In this document: in pieces, positions 18,015 to 27,093 of the stretch
How the letters are laid out: every line of letters starts with the position of its first letter
How positions within the stretch are numbered: the first letter of the stretch is position 1
Program-made: the position numbers and the translations under genes
Notes under the pieces: generated by a model
Databases searched by the model: none
Seen by the model: the letters and a program-made list of their open reading frames with translations, nothing else
What the model was told of the DNA's origin: nothing
Source: a virus
Virus record (IMG/VR): IMGVR_UViG_3300020045_011333
Span: 96,001 to 160,000 of that record
Direction: 5' to 3' (one strand)
DNA length: 64,000 bases

Positions 18015-20078
18015 TTAGTGAGTCGAACCCCAATTCAAACCAATCTTATATTCAGCCGCAACAGGTAATTTAAATTTAAAATAATCACCCGCTTCACCTG
18101 CCGCCACGGCTGAAATTTCACCAGCTTCTTTAGCAATTGCCTCTAGAACTGAAACCTGAATCTCATCATGCACAAAGGCCATCATGGCAAAATCACCATC
18201 CCAAGAATGGACGTAACCCTTTGATTCCATTATTTCTTCAAATAACAGAACCCATTTCTTAGCAATCATAGCACCAGCGTTTTGAAGCAAAGTATTAAGT
18301 GCTGCGTGTTGCGCTCTGATATAGAGACGGCGACCATCAATACCTTCAATGAAACCACGACGAGCTTCATTTTTAAGAAGTTTCATTAGTTTTTTAAGAG
18401 CAGGAATGTTTCTTAAGAATTTTTCTGTTAGTTCTTTTCCAATACGAATTTGAGTCGCTTGGTTTGAAAAAGGTGCAACTATAGATCCTATTTTTTCTGG
18501 TCCTGCACCATAAAGTAGAGCGTATATGAATGTCTTCGCTTGGTCACGACTTTCCAAACCAGCAGCGTTCATATTGACGGTATGGATATCACCTTCAAGC
18601 AATTCACGGCCATATTCGCCATCGTCAAACTGAGCCATGTAGTGAGCTAAGCAGCGAAGTTCGATACCAGACAAGTCAGAACCCATCATGACGAATGGCG
18701 ACGTAGTATAGAACAATGAGCGGCACTCATAGCCCCATCCACCTTCACGGCCCATCTTGATATTCTTATTCTTGTCTTTTGAGATAGCAGGAACTTGTCC
18801 AAGATTTGGCTTAGCGTGAGTACAACGACCTGTTACAGCACCACAAGGATTAACATAATGATGGATTTTATTTTCAGGCGTAACTAGTTTTAGCCAACCA
18901 TTATCACCATCTGCTAATTGACCTAATGTCTTGTTGACACTAAAATAATCGGCTAGAGTTGTAGCAATTGGGAATTGTTCTGAAGCATTTTTTAAAATAA
19001 TATCATCGATTTTGATATTACCTTTTTCAGTGAAGTCTTGAGGTTCCCAACCTTGTTCCATAAGTCTTGCCGCGACTTGCTGGCGAGAACCGGGATTAAA
19101 TTCTTTAAAGAAAATAGGCGTGAAGGGACAACCAGCCGTTCTATCACCACGGGCAGGGTCTTTATATTTTAGTGTACGTTTAGGAATAGTCATAGCTTCG
19201 ACTGGTTTATCTTGTGCATGATTAGCCAGAATTTCATAAACCATGTCTTCTAGTTCAGGATTGTTTATCGTGTCCCAATCTATTTCATTATAAGATTCTC
19301 TAAGTTTACCATAAGTTGTTTTACCTACAGCTTCCATTCGTGAAGGAAAATTTTCTTCACATTCTGTGGTAATTTTTTCTTTGCCATCGCGAAGTTCTTT
19401 TTCTAGAACTAGTGCAGCTTCAACATTAAAAGGAAAACCATTGGCTTCCTGCCTAACGCAATAATCAGCAAATTCATGTTCGAAGATAATAGGGAATTCT
19501 GGGTATGCCTGTTCCATAAGCATCTCCCAAAGAACAACGGTTACTTCAACGTCATTAGCGCAATATTCGTCCAGTTCTTCAGTGTAATTTCCCCACACAT
19601 AATCAAGAATTTCATCTTCATCTGTAATGCCTAGAAGTTTAGCTTCTTTTTCTTTTTTATCTGCATAATCTCCCTTGTATTTACCAACACGATAGCCCCA
19701 ACTATCGAGACTATGCTTGCCGATGAATTTAGCAGGGATTACACCACGCTCATGGAGGCGGAAATCCAGTTCTTTTTGGTGAGAAAACATGACACGAGTC
19801 ATGACAAGACTATCGCGAATCTTACCCTTAAGTTCAAATTGAGGATAAAGTTTTGATAATGCAGGAATATCGAATCCTAGCCCGTTGTGAGCCACGACCA
19901 TATCAGCGTCTTCTAAAAGAGCTAATCCTTCTTCGATATTGTGTTGTAGAAATTTAAACTTGCGCCCCGTTTCGAATTCTGTGATATGCATGACGTGAAC
20001 CTTCGTGATTCGGTTCAAAAGTCCGTCAGATTCTATATCGAAAATAGCTGTTTTTAATTTAATTTTTTTCTTTGACAT
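18015..20078 (-). CDS. DNA polymerase family A (T7-like) with 3'-5' exonuclease
   Basis: FDIESDG, HNGLGFD, SDLSGIELR, RDQAKTFIYALLYG and VHDEIQ. Confidence 0.95.
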   Translation of the reverse strand: MSKKKIKLKTAIFDIESDGLLNRITKVHVMHITEFETGRKFKFLQHNIEEGLALLEDADMVVAHNGLGFDIPALSKLYPQFELKGKIRDSLVMTRVMFSHQKELDFRLHERGVIPAKFIGKHSLDSWGYRVGKYKGDYADKKEKEAKLLGITDEDEILDYVWGNYTEELDEYCANDVEVTVVLWEMLMEQAYPEFPIIFEHEFADYCVRQEANGFPFNVEAALVLEKELRDGKEKITTECEENFPSRMEAVGKTTYGKLRESYNEIDWDTINNPELEDMVYEILANHAQDKPVEAMTIPKRTLKYKDPARGDRTAGCPFTPIFFKEFNPGSRQQVAARLMEQGWEPQDFTEKGNIKIDDIILKNASEQFPIATTLADYFSVNKTLGQLADGDNGWLKLVTPENKIHHYVNPCGAVTGRCTHAKPNLGQVPAISKDKNKNIKMGREGGWGYECRSLFYTTSPFVMMGSDLSGIELRCLAHYMAQFDDGEYGRELLEGDIHTVNMNAAGLESRDQAKTFIYALLYGAGPEKIGSIVAPFSNQATQIRIGKELTEKFLRNIPALKKLMKLLKNEARRGFIEGIDGRRLYIRAQHAALNTLLQNAGAMIAKKWVLLFEEIMESKGYVHSWDGDFAMMAFVHDEIQVSVLEAIAKEAGEISAVAAGEAGDYFKFKLPVAAEYKIGLNWGSTH

Positions 20079-20358
20079 TATTTTTAGGGGACCAGTCTTC
20101 TATAGTATGTCTATCTTTACAGCCATTATGACCATTTATAATTTTATTAATTACTTTTTTAGAGAAATCTTCGAAGATACATTCTCGTATGATATGATTA
20201 TCATAATCTTTTACGTTTATCCCCATTTCTTCTAATTCTTCTTCATCAAAGGAATTGAACAGGCCCCAAAACATATCTCTTAAAGAATAATGTTTGACAA
20301 CATCGCTATTAATGATGTAATAGAGTTGCCAAAGATTTATATCAGTTGGCCCTGACAT
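20059..20358 (-). CDS. Hypothetical protein
   Basis: Packed ORF. Confidence 0.55.
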   Translation of the reverse strand: MSGPTDINLWQLYYIINSDVVKHYSLRDMFWGLFNSFDEEELEEMGINVKDYDNHIIRECIFEDFSKKVINKIINGHNGCKDRHTIEDWSPKNNVKEKN

Positions 20359-21008
20359 TAAGATTCTCTAATTTCTAGAAATCCAGTTGTATCATCTAGT
20401 GCGAGCGGGATAATCCATTTAAGATTCGGAACAATATCAGGAAGATTATTTAAATCGAACCATTCAACGATTTCACCATCACCTTCAGTATTTTCAATAG
20501 TTATATCTTGATCTCTATCTAAATAAGTTTTATAACAATAAAGCTCATAATCATTGCCATCATCTGATGTGCCACGTTGAACTGCGAATTTTAGCCATTG
20601 ATGAGCTTTTGTACTAAGACCAGTTTCTTCTTTGAATTCACGAGCCATAGCAAATTCAGGATAAGTGTCGTAAGATTCTATTTTACCTCCTACACCATTC
20701 CACCGACCAATAACGTATGATGGACCTTTAGTTTTTAGAATGAGAGCTACTTTATTCCCTGAAAATGTAAAATTTACACCTTTATCTCGCCAAAACGCTA
20801 GTCCTAGCACATATTTCTTAGCAGCGGTTTGATAATCCCATATCGGATATTTTTGAGGTAAGTTTTGACAGTCTTTTAATGTTAAATTGAAGATTCTCCC
20901 ATCACTCAGCTTATAACTACCACCTTCTCCACCTTTTCCAGTGGCCCAACCTTCCACAACACCAAATTCATTATTAGCTTGAACAAATTCTTTAGATTTC
21001 TTTGTCAC
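20358..21008 (-). CDS. Nudix hydrolase with N-terminal extension
   Basis: GGKIES..AMAREFKEETGL Nudix box. Confidence 0.85.
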   Translation of the reverse strand: MTKKSKEFVQANNEFGVVEGWATGKGGEGGSYKLSDGRIFNLTLKDCQNLPQKYPIWDYQTAAKKYVLGLAFWRDKGVNFTFSGNKVALILKTKGPSYVIGRWNGVGGKIESYDTYPEFAMAREFKEETGLSTKAHQWLKFAVQRGTSDDGNDYELYCYKTYLDRDQDITIENTEGDGEIVEWFDLNNLPDIVPNLKWIIPLALDDTTGFLEIRES

Positions 21009-21178
21009 TTTTTTAACTTTCTAATTCTTTTAGCATCAGCCAATGCAATAGGATGAGCCACACCTGTATTACTTAAATGAAAATATTCAATTTCTAACGC
21101 GGCTGCTTCAATCGCCGCGTTCCAGATTTCTATTTCTTTTCTACGATCATCGTCAGATTGAAAAAAGCTACTCAGCAT
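21005..21178 (-). CDS. Small hypothetical protein (57 aa, not in ORF track)
   Basis: MLSSFFQSDDDRRKEIEIWNAAIEAAA...; its TGA overlaps the Nudix GTG start. Confidence 0.55.
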   Translation of the reverse strand: MLSSFFQSDDDRRKEIEIWNAAIEAAALEIEYFHLSNTGVAHPIALADAKRIRKLKK

Positions 21179-21317
21179 AAGGAATGTATCCTGAAATAAT
21201 AACTAAAGAAGTATCCACGCCCGTTTTCTTTAAATTTTTAGCTATATAAGGCGGAACTATTAATTTAAATTCTAAAGCTTTCAGCCAACCTTCAATATTT
21301 TCTTTTTCACTCGGCAT
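21168..21317 (-). CDS. Small hypothetical protein (49 aa, not in ORF track)
   Basis: MPSEKENIEGWLKALEFK... fills the gap and overlaps both neighbours. Confidence 0.45.
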   Translation of the reverse strand: MPSEKENIEGWLKALEFKLIVPPYIAKNLKKTGVDTSLVIISGYIPYAE

Positions 21318-22896
21318 AAAATTTACCACTCGGTGACATGGTTAGCATGACTCGCTTGCCGTTTAGGTATGTGCCGATACTGGTAGGGGACCAAGCCGAT
21401 AGGCCTTTGTTGTATCCCATATCGAGTTCACCTAGTACGCCTGCGACCCAAATCCCGTCATACACAGCGCAATGATGGGAGTGAGCAATGTTAGCCCTAG
21501 TACCCATTCTAGAGAAAGCTTTACTACTAGCCCTAGCACCATGCGCTCCTAAGTGACCATGCATCCCGCCTTCGATTTCAGTGTTATAAATTTTATAACC
21601 TTTATCTTCAGGAACAAAGACAACACTATCAGCAAGATCAATATTATAACGCTTGATGGACTCCCAAAATACATTATAATGTTTATTCTTTTCACTAATA
21701 GCTTTATATTTACCTAACTGTGTTTCAAGAAAGAAAATAGCATTGACAGGATCAGTTTTGTAATCGCCATATTTAAGCCACTTTAATAGAGCCGTATCAT
21801 GATTAGATTCAACCACAATGCTCTTGCACCAATCTCGTCTAGTTTGATAAAGAAAATTAGCTGCGTCCTTCATTGTATCGGATATAGATTCAGTGCCGTT
21901 CACAAACATTTCAAATCTGAAATGAGGATCATTTATGTTGTGGTGATTTCTATTTTTAAAATCAATTGTGTCATGGAAAAATTGTTCATAAGGGCGTAAG
22001 TGATCTAATAGACTATCATTAGTAATAGTTTTTTTAGTTTCAAGATCAAAGCCAAAAGACGCTAAGGCACTAATTTTATTAAGTTTTTCGTAATGAATAT
22101 CGCCGTGAGTCAGAGCGGCAATTCTATGACCGGTTGTTACACCAGAACTTGTTACGTGACGATCTAGATCGTAAAAATTGCCTGTATCATCTTCACCTAA
22201 AAGGTGGCGGCAAAAGAATTCACCATTGGCACAGATTTCCACTAGTACTGCACCATAGCTATGGTGAAATTCTGCGATTAGACCAGCGCGTTTCGGTACG
22301 TAGTTTGGCTTAGAAATAGTTCCAGTAGTCATGACAACTTTAGCTGGATCACCCTTCATCATAGGTACGCTTTCGATACGGACTTTTGCATGTGGAATAA
22401 TTCCCCACTTAGATTCAGTGTAGGTCTTGAGGCCTAGCAAAGGATCTGAAGCTGTGGGAAGGATGTTCATTTCTCCACAAAAAACTACATTGTTTCCTAA
22501 GATAACTCTATCATTTGTGAGATAAGGCCCAACTTCTAATGGAAATGTAACTTTATGCTTACTGTGATCTTCAAATAAGGATTTGTTATAGGTATAGCCA
22601 GATACCATAAGTTCAGCTTCTAGGTAATCGGCATAGACTTTTAAAGTTTCAAAAAATGGATGAATTTTAGTTGAGTCTTGACAACTAGTTAAGATGTAAC
22701 GTTTGACAACTCCCTTTTTCTTAGGAGCTTTAATAATAACTGGCTTGACTACTTTACGCTCTGTTAGTACAATCGATTTTGCTCTTTTGGCCCAATCAGA
22801 AAAAGTAGACTTAGGAATGTTAAGAGCTTTAGCAGCTTTCCTAGCGGAACCATATTTTTTAATAGATTCTAAAATTTGCTTATCAGTTAATTGCAT
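21307..22896 (-). CDS. N-terminal HTH + calcineurin-like metallophosphoesterase (possibly T5 A1-like nuclease)
   Basis: HGDIH, HDTID, ESNHD, HGH and AHSH metal motifs; N-terminal GSARKAAKALNIPKSTF HTH. Confidence 0.65.
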   Translation of the reverse strand: MQLTDKQILESIKKYGSARKAAKALNIPKSTFSDWAKRAKSIVLTERKVVKPVIIKAPKKKGVVKRYILTSCQDSTKIHPFFETLKVYADYLEAELMVSGYTYNKSLFEDHSKHKVTFPLEVGPYLTNDRVILGNNVVFCGEMNILPTASDPLLGLKTYTESKWGIIPHAKVRIESVPMMKGDPAKVVMTTGTISKPNYVPKRAGLIAEFHHSYGAVLVEICANGEFFCRHLLGEDDTGNFYDLDRHVTSSGVTTGHRIAALTHGDIHYEKLNKISALASFGFDLETKKTITNDSLLDHLRPYEQFFHDTIDFKNRNHHNINDPHFRFEMFVNGTESISDTMKDAANFLYQTRRDWCKSIVVESNHDTALLKWLKYGDYKTDPVNAIFFLETQLGKYKAISEKNKHYNVFWESIKRYNIDLADSVVFVPEDKGYKIYNTEIEGGMHGHLGAHGARASSKAFSRMGTRANIAHSHHCAVYDGIWVAGVLGELDMGYNKGLSAWSPTSIGTYLNGKRVMLTMSPSGKFYAE

Positions 22897-22929
22897 ATTT
22901 GTAATTTTTCTTCTGTTATTGAGTTAGGT

Positions 22930-22958
22930 ACTCTATCACATAATTTTTAAAAAGTCAA
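22930..22958 (-). promoter_or_regulatory. Sigma70-type promoter
   Basis: TTGACT-N17-TAGAGT; spacer nearly identical to the 9193 promoter (ttttaaaaatt.tgtg). Confidence 0.7.
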
Positions 22959-23671
22959 GCAAAAATATCGCCGGTATTTATCTGCTTCATCATCTCTGCA
23001 CCATCTGAAGTCACAATAACTCCTCTTGTCGTAACAGGATCAGGAACCTTAAAAAAGAATGTTCCTAACATGTTCTCTGCGCCAAAGGTTTTCCAAACAT
23101 CAACACCAGCTTCTGAAAGCTTAGTTTTTATCTGTTGAACGGAGACGCCTTGCAGTTCTTTCTGACTCCACATAGATTGTGCCACTTGCTGATAAGCATT
23201 CGAGGCAGCATCAATAAACCTAAATCTTAAACTATCTATAGCCGCTTTAACATCCCCACCATATACCCTAGCATCAAATCCAGTGTAACTAGTGCCTGAA
23301 GTGTACTTAAAAGTCTCCGCAAATGTTAAGCTACAATAACTTGACATTAAGGTAGCTAATTTAACAACTCGACCAGAATGTGGATGTTCTATTAATCCTT
23401 TATTGTTACGATCCATACGAGGGGACCAAATTAGAGTAATTTCATCTGATTGCTGATAAGCTACTGTAGGCCTAAATTTTACCATTAAGCCGATAGTAGT
23501 TTCTACCATTGCTTCTTTCAAATGGGTATCAAAAGGCTTGATGCAGCCTTTTGTAAATTTAGAAAAGCCGTGACCATCTAATCTAGCTATAACGTATTTA
23601 TCAGATGGAATATATGTTTCAACTGAATCTTCCAATTCTTTCAGGTAATCAAACTCTTCCAAATTTTTCAT
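22955..23671 (-). CDS. Thg1-like 3'-5' polymerase (tRNA-His guanylyltransferase family)
   Basis: ARLDGHGFSKFT, YQQSDEITL and FDARV. Confidence 0.9.
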   Translation of the reverse strand: MKNLEEFDYLKELEDSVETYIPSDKYVIARLDGHGFSKFTKGCIKPFDTHLKEAMVETTIGLMVKFRPTVAYQQSDEITLIWSPRMDRNNKGLIEHPHSGRVVKLATLMSSYCSLTFAETFKYTSGTSYTGFDARVYGGDVKAAIDSLRFRFIDAASNAYQQVAQSMWSQKELQGVSVQQIKTKLSEAGVDVWKTFGAENMLGTFFFKVPDPVTTRGVIVTSDGAEMMKQINTGDIFA

Positions 23672-24938
23672 TTATTTCTCCAATTACCTTTTCAATACCA
23701 TCATCGAAGTGCTGTAAGATAATATCTTGTAACACAGCGCCGGGTATAGGCTGATATTCTGATAAAAATCCTTTAGCATTTTCTTTTTCAAAGAAGAATT
23801 TCACCATACGGATAATTTCAGAAGTTTCAAGAGGCATAATTTCAATCACATCATCAAAACGTCCTTTACGAAACAGTGCAGGATCAAGTTTGGTGAGATG
23901 GTTAGTGGTTGCAACAAGAATGAAGTTCTCAGGGCTATTGATACCATCTATGGCATTTAGAAGCTCAGCCAGAGAGCTAATGCTGAATTTAGGTGTCTCA
24001 GCAGGTTTGTGTGGCTCATCATCCTCTAAGGGGTCTTCACGCTTTGCTGTGATAGTATCTATATCAATATCTTCCATGATACCTAGATAAGCAGTACTAT
24101 TGTCAGAAGTTGCATAATTATCTGGATAATCGTTTATATCATTCAAAGCCATAGTTAATCCAGCTAAACGAGATGGACTAACCATTACAACGTCTCTATC
24201 AGTAAATCCTGCAATATATTTTGCTAGAGTAGTTTTACCTGTTCCGGGAACACCATGCAATAGAATTGCGTACTTATAAGGAATACCTCTAGATTCGTAC
24301 CATTGACGATTTTCAAGAAAAAACTTAATACGCTTTTCTATATGACTAAGAATTTCAGGATCGATGAAAACACTTTCACGGTCACGCTTAGGAATATCTT
24401 TTAAATGCTTCATCCATTCTTTACTGAGATTATAGACTTTAGTTTTATTTCTATTTTTATTCTTCTTTTCGGTAAAAAATTCATCAAAAAGCTTAATCAC
24501 TTTGGCTTTCTTTTTGAAAAACATCGTAAGTGTTAAATTTTGTTTAAATTCTCTTGAATCACTTTTTTCTTTTTCACGACTGATCTTAACCAAATGACCA
24601 CGAAAATACGACCAAGACGAGCCTAGACCCACAGACATAGCTTCTTTATCAAGAACATTTCTACGGCTTAAGAAGTTGATCGTATTTCGATTCAGTTCTG
24701 TTACGATATCAACGAAATTTTCATTGTCACTGAATACTTCAACAGAAATCGTGGAACGATTGTAAAGGGCGTTCCAGATTTTACCGGGTATATTCTTAAG
24801 AGCGTATAGCGCACCAGATAGAGCTACTGTACCCATACCAGCGATAAGCATTTGATTGTTAACCTGACTCTGAAGCCAAGTATGGAATTGTGAGTTAGCT
24901 AAATCGGTTACTGTAGCTATGTCCATTTTTTTACTCAC
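23649..24938 (-). CDS. BCS1-like membrane-anchored AAA+ ATPase
   Basis: N-terminal TM segment; WYESRGIPYKYAILLHGVPGTGKT, MEDID, ELLNAIDG, TTNH..LDPALFRKGRFD. Confidence 0.85.
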   Translation of the reverse strand: MSKKMDIATVTDLANSQFHTWLQSQVNNQMLIAGMGTVALSGALYALKNIPGKIWNALYNRSTISVEVFSDNENFVDIVTELNRNTINFLSRRNVLDKEAMSVGLGSSWSYFRGHLVKISREKEKSDSREFKQNLTLTMFFKKKAKVIKLFDEFFTEKKNKNRNKTKVYNLSKEWMKHLKDIPKRDRESVFIDPEILSHIEKRIKFFLENRQWYESRGIPYKYAILLHGVPGTGKTTLAKYIAGFTDRDVVMVSPSRLAGLTMALNDINDYPDNYATSDNSTAYLGIMEDIDIDTITAKREDPLEDDEPHKPAETPKFSISSLAELLNAIDGINSPENFILVATTNHLTKLDPALFRKGRFDDVIEIMPLETSEIIRMVKFFFEKENAKGFLSEYQPIPGAVLQDIILQHFDDGIEKVIGEINEKFGRV

Positions 24939-25465
24939 TCTTCAGTTGCAATTAACTTCCTAAATTCTTTAAGAAATTCTTCTCTGGCATGTCTAGGTTC
25001 CCAAGGATGGAAACGATCATCTACTTGCTTAATAATGGAAACATCAATAATATTTTGCCAATGTTTAATGAACATTGTACCTTCAAAATCGAGAAGGAGT
25101 TTATCAGCTATTTTTAATTGTTCATGAGCTTCTTTAGAAGGAAGTGCGCCTAAAAATTTATTGTAGATTTTGTTTTGCATCCGAGTTTCCATTTTCTGGA
25201 AATCAGGAAGTTCAGCCTTAAAAGGTGTTGGCATATCAGAACCATAGGCTTCACTCGCATCATGAATAAGACCTAACATTTTGTGTTTCTTCATAAAACG
25301 GCTCACATAAACGCTATGCTGAGCCACGGAATAAAATGAACTAGTGTGACCAGCCCAACGACAATTATTAGACAAGGCGTGAGCAATATCAACAATGTCG
25401 AAATCATCTTCACTATATGATTTTACATAAAAATCAATACCTGTAAACGTCGTAATATAACTCAA
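24935..25465 (-). CDS. HD-domain phosphohydrolase (YfbR-like 5'-deoxynucleotidase)
   Basis: DIAHALS..CRWAGH..YSVAQHS and HDASEAY..D. Confidence 0.85.
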   Translation of the reverse strand: MSYITTFTGIDFYVKSYSEDDFDIVDIAHALSNNCRWAGHTSSFYSVAQHSVYVSRFMKKHKMLGLIHDASEAYGSDMPTPFKAELPDFQKMETRMQNKIYNKFLGALPSKEAHEQLKIADKLLLDFEGTMFIKHWQNIIDVSIIKQVDDRFHPWEPRHAREEFLKEFRKLIATEE

Positions 25466-25483
25466 TGTATTAAACTTTCATTA

Positions 25484-25825
25484 TTACATAAAACTGTGAA
25501 AAATATAACCTACAAGTAGAGCAAAAGTGGGTAAGGCATACATAAACATTATACGCTTTTCCAATGTATCTGCTTTAGATTGTAAAGATTCAGTCTCAGA
25601 ATTATCTGTTTTATATACAGCCGTAAGTAAATTCTTTAAAACTATAATGCCCATGCCATGGGCCATACCAATAGGAAGAACTCCTAGTGGAACTAGGAAC
25701 CAAAACCATAAATAACTTAGCACAAAGGCATTATAAAACATAATAATTGGGAATGAAATTAAAGCTAGGATAGCCAAAATGCCAATTTTAGTTTTTAATT
25801 TCTTTTCAACTTCTGTTTCAATCAT
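25484..25825 (-). CDS. Hypothetical membrane protein
   Basis: Three hydrophobic segments. Confidence 0.65.
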   Translation of the reverse strand: MIETEVEKKLKTKIGILAILALISFPIIMFYNAFVLSYLWFWFLVPLGVLPIGMAHGMGIIVLKNLLTAVYKTDNSETESLQSKADTLEKRIMFMYALPTFALLVGYIFHSFM

Positions 25826-25827
25826 TA

Positions 25828-26208
25828 TTATCTAACCTTTTTAGATTTATTAATTATTTTTGTTCTAGCTTTAATTGGTTTTCTACAGAAAGATTCTCTA
25901 TATCTTGATAAATACTTATTTACATCAAGGCCAAGCTCGTATTGTTGATACATGATTTCTGGATGATCATTTAGATATTCTCTATAATCCTTATAACTTT
26001 TATCGTAGGCATCAAATAACATAAAATCTATTGGGCCATTACATGCCGTATATTTAAATCTATTATCTTTTTTGATTAGCCATTTGAATGTCTCGGAATA
26101 CTTGTCAATTAAAAATTCTAGGTGTTCATCTGAAATATCTATGAATATATGGCTAGGAGGAGTTTTTCTTGAAGAAAATTTTTTATAAAACCTTTTAATT
26201 GATTTCAT
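25828..26208 (-). CDS. Hypothetical protein
   Basis: Packed ORF. Confidence 0.55.
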   Translation of the reverse strand: MKSIKRFYKKFSSRKTPPSHIFIDISDEHLEFLIDKYSETFKWLIKKDNRFKYTACNGPIDFMLFDAYDKSYKDYREYLNDHPEIMYQQYELGLDVNKYLSRYRESFCRKPIKARTKIINKSKKVR

Positions 26209-26765
26209 AATTTAAATGCTTCTTTCCAATGTTTACGGCAAACTGATTCATATTCACTATCCCCTATTTCAACTACGTCAGTAGTAATAATAGGTCTACC
26301 GTTTCGCCGCCTTAAGATTTGTGTTGCTTTACTCCCACAATGGCAAACAGTTTTTAGTTCTTTTATTTGATCAGCAAGAGCTAATAGTGTTTCTATTGCG
26401 GGACTAAATAGTTGTCCATTAGAATTATTTTTCAACCCATAACAAAGCACGGGGATATTATAGCTATCAACAATTGAAGCCAATTCAATGATGTGATCTG
26501 GTGTGAAAAATTGAATTTCATCCACAAAGATAACTGAAGGTTTTTCTGAGGTGACATATAGACTGAAACCTTGATCAGTTAGTGCAATAGCTTGTTTCGA
26601 AATCCCCACTCTTGAATTAATGTACCCTATTCCTCCACGAGAGTCAAGCCCCGAAGTAAAATAAAATACTTTCCAACCCTTGCTTTCATAGTTATGAGCG
26701 GCTTGAAGCAGAGCCGTACTTTTACCTGCATTCATCACGCTGTAGAAAAAATGAAGCTTAGCCAT
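26205..26765 (-). CDS. tdk: Thymidine kinase
   Basis: SVMNAGKST, FVDEIQF, CYGL, CHCG and YESVCRKH. Confidence 0.95.
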   Translation of the reverse strand: MAKLHFFYSVMNAGKSTALLQAAHNYESKGWKVFYFTSGLDSRGGIGYINSRVGISKQAIALTDQGFSLYVTSEKPSVIFVDEIQFFTPDHIIELASIVDSYNIPVLCYGLKNNSNGQLFSPAIETLLALADQIKELKTVCHCGSKATQILRRRNGRPIITTDVVEIGDSEYESVCRKHWKEAFKL

Positions 26766-26914
26766 TATATTCCTTCTATTTCAACCACTATGAAAGGGTA
26801 TTTATAAAATCTATAGCTACCGCCCATAAGGATATGTTTTTTATACATAGGCCAACAGCTTTGAAAGAAATGTATTTTTAATTTATAAGTCGGTCTATTA
26901 ATTTTTAAAATCAT
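26765..26914 (-). CDS. Small hypothetical protein (49 aa, not in ORF track)
   Basis: MILKINRPTYKLKIH...; TAATG overlap with tdk. Confidence 0.45.
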   Translation of the reverse strand: MILKINRPTYKLKIHFFQSCWPMYKKHILMGGSYRFYKYPFIVVEIEGI

Positions 26915-27093
26915 TTATATAATCTTTTAAATCAATTTTTCGTCGTCAATAAAAATATACCTAGTGTGTTCTAAGTTAAATTTGGTTGCTTCATTCTCGA
27001 AGAATTTCTGATAATTCTCTAGTCTTACTATTAGGAATTTTAATATTCTTTAATAAACTTTTTAACAGACTGGCTTGTTTTCTCATTTCGTCC

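Noticed and set aside
9590-25465. MazG-like + HD hydrolase + family A polymerase as a diaminopurine (dZ) system
   Set aside because: No PurZ-like gene is in the window and the genes are not clustered; both hydrolase families are common in ordinary phages. A PurZ search of the full genome would settle it.
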